Below are positions 58,267-64,000 of a stretch of 64,000 nt of DNA, piece after piece; the stretch's first letter is position 1, and each line of letters begins with the position of its first letter. A program made the translations under genes and the position numbers. This DNA comes from a virus (taxonomy: Duplodnaviria; Caudoviricetes): IMG/VR virus record IMGVR_UViG_3300028549_000365, positions 96,001 through 160,000 of that record; one strand, written 5' to 3'. A model generated the notes under the pieces. It was not told where the DNA came from. It worked only from the letters and a program-made list of their open reading frames with translations, and ran no database searches.

Positions 58267-61123
58267 ATATTGTTGTTATGTTAATTTTAATATCATACTT
58301 AACTATAAGCTCACTATTTTTATTAATAACGAGTTTCTTCTTAAGCACTAACCTTTTAGTTTTATCTACAAATGAAAATATTTCACTATTCTCAGTAGGT
58401 TCTATATTGGTTATTTTAACTCCTACTACTTCGCTACCAACTACTTTAAGTATCTCGTCTTTCATATCTTTAATAGATATTTTAAAGTTATCTAATTGAG
58501 TATGTATTATGTCACCTATAGCAGCTGTTATAGTATCTATCTCATCATCGGTATAACTACTTCTACTTGTGTATAAAGTAACAATAGGTGACGTTAGATA
58601 AGGTATGTTAATAGTAGTATTGTTTACAACTACACTAACTTGTTCAGTCTTCTTATATGATTTATAAAGAACTTTAGTGTTCTCTAATAGACCAGAGTTT
58701 ATACTAGGTATAACAGTAAATAACCAATTGTTTATAGTGTCAATATTTATACCGAGATAGTTAGTATAAATATTAGAGTTAGCTAAAGCGAACTCATACT
58801 CTAACATAAGTAAATCGATATTACGAACTACACCAGAATGTAAATCTATAATTGGCAGATTGTTAGAGTCCAATACAATATCACCTTTACGATGTTTATA
58901 TATTACAACTCCATTACTATCTAAGACAGGATCTCCAGCTAGGTGTAATATTTCTGTTGTAACATCTTCGTCTGGATCTTCTGGACAATTAAATATAGTT
59001 CCAGTTTCTTCAAATATCTTATAAACATCTTCAGTGTGTGTAAGAGGAATATCAGTAGTGTATTTCATATACATACGTTCAGTGTATGTGTTGTACATCT
59101 TGTTCCATATATAATCTATACGTTTACCGAATGTTATACTAAACTCTTCTTTATTAAATACAGTTATCTCGTACCCTTCAGTATTGCCTATCTCAGTAAC
59201 TAAGTAGTTGTTATTAGTAAGTACATCAGGATCGACTGTATATACATGGAATGTTAAAAGACTCTCAAGTTTAACAAACTTATTAGAAACTGTACTATCA
59301 CCATTAGTTAACTCTAAGTAGTTATCTAGGTCAACATATAAACTAGTGTCTATATTAAATGTAAATGATTTATTATCTAAATTATAAACACTGTAGAACT
59401 TAACATTAGCTACATCACCAAGTGTAGGTATAGACACCTGACCTCTAATGTATTCGCTATCTAAACCATCAAACTCAGTATTTGTAGAAACATTAATTAT
59501 TATACTGTACCCAGATACAGTTTTAACAATAGTATACTGTTTACTATTTACCCTTTCTATTAAACTAGTGTTTTTACCAATTATCCTAGAGTCAAGTAGA
59601 TATGGTGAATCTAAGTTATATACCCTAGTGTCTATAGTATCTATAGTGTTATTGTCTAGTATGTAATAGTACGGGGTGTAATAATAATTAACATTATTAG
59701 TATAATCTACTAGATCGTTAATATTCATATTTTTAAGCGCAAACTTCTCATTACTAGATATAGGAGATACTTTATAATTAACTTCTTTAAAAACAGTTCC
59801 TGCTTTTATTATTAAGTAATCGTCAGTAACAACAATGTCTGTGGTGTTAGGTAAATCGCTAGGCGTTATACCTATAGAGTTGAAGTATATATCTGGCCTA
59901 CAATAAACAAGAGGACTATTATACTTAGGTATATTCTTATTAGCTAAGAACACTCTCTCTGTTATTATATCGTAAGACTTATATAACTCAAATCCTTGTA
60001 ATAACCCTTTCTGTTTTATATTTTCAGTAGTTATAGGTACATCTATATCACCTGTGCTGTTGTTAATAACAGCATTACGTAATGTTTCCATATCTATACT
60101 ATTCTTTCCACCTTCAGCTATACTTCTACTGTTAGCTAATACCGTTATGTGCGGAATAGTTGCTTCTGACGCAGTTAATCCGTTAGACTTGATACTTACC
60201 TTGAAATCTTCTGCTTTATATTTGTTAAGAGGTAAATAAAGCACACCTCTCGTTTCGTACACATCTATAGATATATTTCCACTTACAATATTGTTGTATA
60301 GGAAAACATCAGGTATTTTAAATACAACATTCTTGTTCTGTAGTTCTATATAAACTGTAGGAACATTGCTGTTAATATACTCCCCAGAATGTGTTTTGTT
60401 AAGTGTTAAATAAACATCATTAGTGTTAGCATTTTTATACTTAACTACACTAAAATAATATTGTTCTTTTAATGTAGCAGTTAATTTAAATCCTTCAGCA
60501 GGAGTTATAGCTTTGTTAATAGAATATTTTTTAACTTGCTTAAGTATTGTTTCAAAAGCTATCCATTCTTCTCCATCTTGAAAAGATACTATACCAGAAT
60601 TAAGCACACCTAAATTGTTTATAGCTATATCATCAGATGAAATTTGCTGCTCTACGAATACTATACCTGTGTCATATAGTTTTACTACGATATTATTTAA
60701 AAGTGTAAACACTGTGTTAGCTACAGTTACCTCAGTACCAGTTGGTAATGTTGTTTCTAAGTAAGTAGCTCCAGTTGGTCTATATCCGTTAGATTTTAAA
60801 TCTTTAACATTTATATAGAACAACATAGCTACTTCTGTAGGTATAGAGAATAAATTAGTTAACTCACTATCCGATAGATGTCGGTATAAGTCTTCAGGTT
60901 TATCAGCAAGATCTGGATGTAGTTTTCTAATTACACCAAGTGGTTCAACCACAGCATTCTGTGCTGAAGATACAGCTAATTCCATTAACATCATAAACGG
61001 GTTAGTTGGATCAACTATAGTTTTATTATCAGCAGTCTCTTCTGATAATGCGTTAATAACAAGTGTTTGTACCATATTGGGGTCGTACACATATTTTGCT
61101 ATGTCAAGCTTTGTTAAATTCAT
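58265..61123 (-). CDS. large baseplate/virion structural protein (phiKZ gp27-like)
   Basis: 952 aa; DPTNPFMMLME, LHPDLA..EDLYRHLSD and AEGGKN..D.ETLR motifs. Confidence 0.7.
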   Translation of the reverse strand: MNLTKLDIAKYVYDPNMVQTLVINALSEETADNKTIVDPTNPFMMLMELAVSSAQNAVVEPLGVIRKLHPDLADKPEDLYRHLSDSELTNLFSIPTEVAMLFYINVKDLKSNGYRPTGATYLETTLPTGTEVTVANTVFTLLNNIVVKLYDTGIVFVEQQISSDDIAINNLGVLNSGIVSFQDGEEWIAFETILKQVKKYSINKAITPAEGFKLTATLKEQYYFSVVKYKNANTNDVYLTLNKTHSGEYINSNVPTVYIELQNKNVVFKIPDVFLYNNIVSGNISIDVYETRGVLYLPLNKYKAEDFKVSIKSNGLTASEATIPHITVLANSRSIAEGGKNSIDMETLRNAVINNSTGDIDVPITTENIKQKGLLQGFELYKSYDIITERVFLANKNIPKYNSPLVYCRPDIYFNSIGITPSDLPNTTDIVVTDDYLIIKAGTVFKEVNYKVSPISSNEKFALKNMNINDLVDYTNNVNYYYTPYYYILDNNTIDTIDTRVYNLDSPYLLDSRIIGKNTSLIERVNSKQYTIVKTVSGYSIIINVSTNTEFDGLDSEYIRGQVSIPTLGDVANVKFYSVYNLDNKSFTFNIDTSLYVDLDNYLELTNGDSTVSNKFVKLESLLTFHVYTVDPDVLTNNNYLVTEIGNTEGYEITVFNKEEFSITFGKRIDYIWNKMYNTYTERMYMKYTTDIPLTHTEDVYKIFEETGTIFNCPEDPDEDVTTEILHLAGDPVLDSNGVVIYKHRKGDIVLDSNNLPIIDLHSGVVRNIDLLMLEYEFALANSNIYTNYLGINIDTINNWLFTVIPSINSGLLENTKVLYKSYKKTEQVSVVVNNTTINIPYLTSPIVTLYTSRSSYTDDEIDTITAAIGDIIHTQLDNFKISIKDMKDEILKVVGSEVVGVKITNIEPTENSEIFSFVDKTKRLVLKKKLVINKNSELIVKYDIKINITTI

Positions 61124-61170
61124 ATAATGTCCTTTTATTTAGTAGTAGTTCTTTTACTTTTAACTACTGT

Positions 61171-62430
61171 TTATTTTTGTTTAGCTAAATTAGCTGCCTT
61201 AGTGTTAGTTTCTTTATGTACATTTTTAGGCTTAACCTTAGCTGCTTCAGCAGCCTTATTAACAGCTTGAGCGTTAGACTCAGCGTGTACACCACCTTCT
61301 TTACCAGATAAACTTATTGTACGGTTCCAATCTTTACTATGTTTAATTTCTATCCACCATTCTAACTCGAATGTTCTTCTGTTTATTAATGGATAACCTC
61401 TGTGGTTAAGTTGATCTCTTAATTCTCTAGGGATTTTCTCATAACCAGCTATTGACGCTACGTTACCATTGTAACGTATCTTTTTAAGATCTTGATTAAA
61501 TATACATGTAGCGTCGTTAAATTCTTTAATAAGAATATCATCGTAAATAGCACCAACACACTTGAACCGAATATTAAGTTCTTTGTTATTATCCATATAT
61601 TTAGGTCCACTAGTAAAGTCAAAGAGTTTACCTGTTGGTACGTTTATAGGAAAGCTAGCTCCGGTTGCAGCGATTCTCTTAACGTATGTACCTGTTTCAT
61701 CCATAATAAGTCTATATATTCGTGTATTATAGTCTATTTCATTTTCAGCTAGCATGTCGTGATATGGGTTCATTATCCCTTCAAACACACAAGCTGCATA
61801 AAGTAACCAAGACTGCATCATAAGTACAATAGGTTCATCTCTTATATTTCTAAAAGTACAATCCAGATCGAAACTCTCGTATATATCAACTGAACTATCT
61901 ATTTGTACGTATTGTTCTTTTCTAACACCTTGCTTCGAAGCGAAAGTACTAACTGTCATATCCGGCCATCCAGACATATCTAATAAGGTATTAGTTAACA
62001 CAGGTATATAAGCTAACTTATCATCTACAAGGTTACTGTTAACACTAATACTTTGTCTAATCTTACCTTTAGTTGTTGTTATTGAGTCTAACCCAACTCT
62101 AGGATCTAACATACATCTAACATATCTATGTACGCTATCTTTGTCTGTAGAAAGTAATGAATAAAATCTTCTTACGTTAGCTAAATTAGATGTAGAAAAG
62201 TTAAGTTGTGGTCTAGTAAAGAATACATATCCTTTACTATCTCTATTCTCAGGAACAACACTCTTCACACCAGTATGGTTAAGTCCATATAATGTATTTG
62301 AAGTAGCTTGGTCTATACTTCCTATAGGTTGAGTCATAGCTATGAATTCATCTAGCTCTATTTTTTTATCATTATCAAGCATTTTATTTATATCTATATT
62401 GTATAAATCAATATTAGGTTCATTAGTCAT
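61171..62430 (-). CDS. virion structural protein, tube-like/baseplate (phiKZ-family conserved)
   Basis: GYVFFTRPQLN, SGWPD and EIDYNTRIYRL motifs. Confidence 0.65.
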   Translation of the reverse strand: MTNEPNIDLYNIDINKMLDNDKKIELDEFIAMTQPIGSIDQATSNTLYGLNHTGVKSVVPENRDSKGYVFFTRPQLNFSTSNLANVRRFYSLLSTDKDSVHRYVRCMLDPRVGLDSITTTKGKIRQSISVNSNLVDDKLAYIPVLTNTLLDMSGWPDMTVSTFASKQGVRKEQYVQIDSSVDIYESFDLDCTFRNIRDEPIVLMMQSWLLYAACVFEGIMNPYHDMLAENEIDYNTRIYRLIMDETGTYVKRIAATGASFPINVPTGKLFDFTSGPKYMDNNKELNIRFKCVGAIYDDILIKEFNDATCIFNQDLKKIRYNGNVASIAGYEKIPRELRDQLNHRGYPLINRRTFELEWWIEIKHSKDWNRTISLSGKEGGVHAESNAQAVNKAAEAAKVKPKNVHKETNTKAANLAKQK

Positions 62431-62516
62431 TAGTAACTCCTTATCTCATTGAAGTGAACACCTATAATATTCATTGACATATTAAATATAATGATAATAA
62501 ATAAAAGGGGACAAAG

Positions 62517-63836
62517 ATGGCAGGTATAATCGGTGCGTTAGGTACACTAACAGAAATATTTTCACAGACTGATGAGGGGTTAAGCGGTAAATCATTATTA
62601 AAAGCTTTAAGATCTAAAGAGGTAGCTTTACTTAGAGCTGATGGGTCTATGCTTAAATTAATAGGTAATTATATAGTAGAACCTGTGATCGTTGTAAGTA
62701 ACGAATTAAGAAATGATGATGTTATAGATAACGTGTTGGGTATACATACAGATATATTCACTGGGTTTTATATGCAAGTATTCGATATTATAAGAGCGCA
62801 TTTTGGAATTAAAGATAATAACGCCATAGATTTATTAGCTACTGACAATGGTGGGTTAGAAAGACTTATTCTGGCTGGTGCTGATTTAGCTGTAGCTGAC
62901 AGAGACCATGTTGGTGATTTGTTCAAAGGTAAAATGTCTATTAGTATAAGCACTGAATCTGGGTTATCTTTTAATGAACAAGCTGCGTTAGAAAAACTTA
63001 AGAATACTAACCAAAAGACTTTAGAAGAAGATAAACATAATAACCAATTGAAACGAGATGAACTTAATAGACAAGCTAAATTAGACGAATTAGCTAAAAA
63101 AGAAGCTATTAGACTAGGTCAGTATAAAGATAAGAATCAAGTAGCATCGTCTGTTAGTGCATCTGTTAAAGATTTAAATATACCTAACGCTATACAAAGA
63201 ACTATACAAGTTACTATAACTAGACCTATGGAAACTAAAGATGGTCAACCGACTGGTGCCGCTTTAACTGTTGTTATTCCTATTAATATTAAAGCACACG
63301 TTATTTTTACAGATATAAGTAATATTATTAATGTAATGCAACCTAATAGTGACGATAAAGGTATGTTTAATAGAATAGATGAATACAGAGCAGGTGCTAT
63401 TTCGCTAACAGATTTATTATTCGCTGGTGATATTATTAACGAGTACAAACAAAATAAACTTAAAGATAAAGATCAGTTATTACAAATAATTCAGAATAGA
63501 GTATTATCTGCTAACTCTAAAGTTATTAACGGAGGAGTAGGTTTTGAGAAGTATTACAATATGTATATTATTTCAGCACAAGATCTTATAAGAGTTGAGA
63601 AACATCTTAACGGTAAAGTTGCTGAAGCTAAATTTAGACAAAAGTTTCTAGAGCAAGCGTATGGTTTATCATTAACGGTTATGGATCAAGATCATGAGAT
63701 AATTAAACTTATGTTAAAAGATCTTGGTGGAGTTTCTACACTTACGTATAAAGCAGCGGTTAAGTCTGATAAAAAAGGCAATGATATGGGTGAGATAGTT
63801 AAATCTCTAATTAACAATAAACCTATGGTATTTTAA
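62517..63836 (+). CDS. phiKZ-like virion structural protein
   Basis: VEPVIVVS and RAGAISL-DLLFAGDII motifs; internal ISTES cleavage-like site. Confidence 0.6.
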   Translation: MAGIIGALGTLTEIFSQTDEGLSGKSLLKALRSKEVALLRADGSMLKLIGNYIVEPVIVVSNELRNDDVIDNVLGIHTDIFTGFYMQVFDIIRAHFGIKDNNAIDLLATDNGGLERLILAGADLAVADRDHVGDLFKGKMSISISTESGLSFNEQAALEKLKNTNQKTLEEDKHNNQLKRDELNRQAKLDELAKKEAIRLGQYKDKNQVASSVSASVKDLNIPNAIQRTIQVTITRPMETKDGQPTGAALTVVIPINIKAHVIFTDISNIINVMQPNSDDKGMFNRIDEYRAGAISLTDLLFAGDIINEYKQNKLKDKDQLLQIIQNRVLSANSKVINGGVGFEKYYNMYIISAQDLIRVEKHLNGKVAEAKFRQKFLEQAYGLSLTVMDQDHEIIKLMLKDLGGVSTLTYKAAVKSDKKGNDMGEIVKSLINNKPMVF

Positions 63837-63845
63837 AGGATAACT

Positions 63846-64000
63846 ATGATAAGAGGATTAATAAACTATGTTATGAGTATTAACCACGTAACTAGAAAAG
63901 AACAGATAGTTAAAAACACGGATATTATTTTCCGTGTAATAGCTGAAGATACAATACCTACTTTAGATAAACTAATTGATGGTGATGTAGATAATATTGT
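63846..64000 (+). CDS. 5' part of a CDS truncated by the window end
   Basis: AAGGA SD; MIRGLINYVMSINHVTRKEQIVK... open to the end. Confidence 0.6.
   Translation, partial: MIRGLINYVMSINHVTRKEQIVKNTDIIFRVIAEDTIPTLDKLIDGDVDNI

Noticed and set aside
345-63448. Many short antisense or off-frame ORFs in the track (e.g. 3404-3589, 8307-8657, 10180-10545, 31927-32457)
   Set aside because: They are shadows of long genuine genes on the other strand or frame, with no SD and low-complexity Ser/Leu/Ile composition.

Overview
This is a 64-kb, very AT-rich segment of a phiKZ-like, nucleus-forming jumbo phage (Chimalliviridae). It encodes chimallin, virion and non-virion multisubunit RNA polymerase subunits, a family-B DNA polymerase split over two distant genes, tail sheath and tube, head maturation protease, an SbcC ATPase, a dimeric dUTPase, a thermonuclease, a holin and spanins. 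The dUTPase and spanins hint at a Campylobacterota-like host. Four features stand out. (1) A ~2-kb non-coding locus directly downstream of chimallin holds one near-canonical tRNA(CAU) and six tRNA-like elements with acceptor and T arms but remodelled anticodon or variable arms. Five share a GUA...UA(C/U)-A acceptor end, and one is a tandem double tRNA body carrying two different 23-nt hairpin inserts. (2) An unannotated, in-frame U-UUU-UUC -1 slippery site would fuse ORF 45211-46770 to an open downstream frame, as in lambda G/GT tail chaperones. (3) A group I intron carrying an HNH homing endonuclease interrupts the DNA polymerase exonuclease/motif-A gene. (4) There is a Zn-ribbon plus sigma70-region-4 protein, and two highly acidic mini-proteins. 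All homology calls are from motif recognition and recall of phiKZ-family proteins; no searches were run, and phiKZ gp numbers are from memory.
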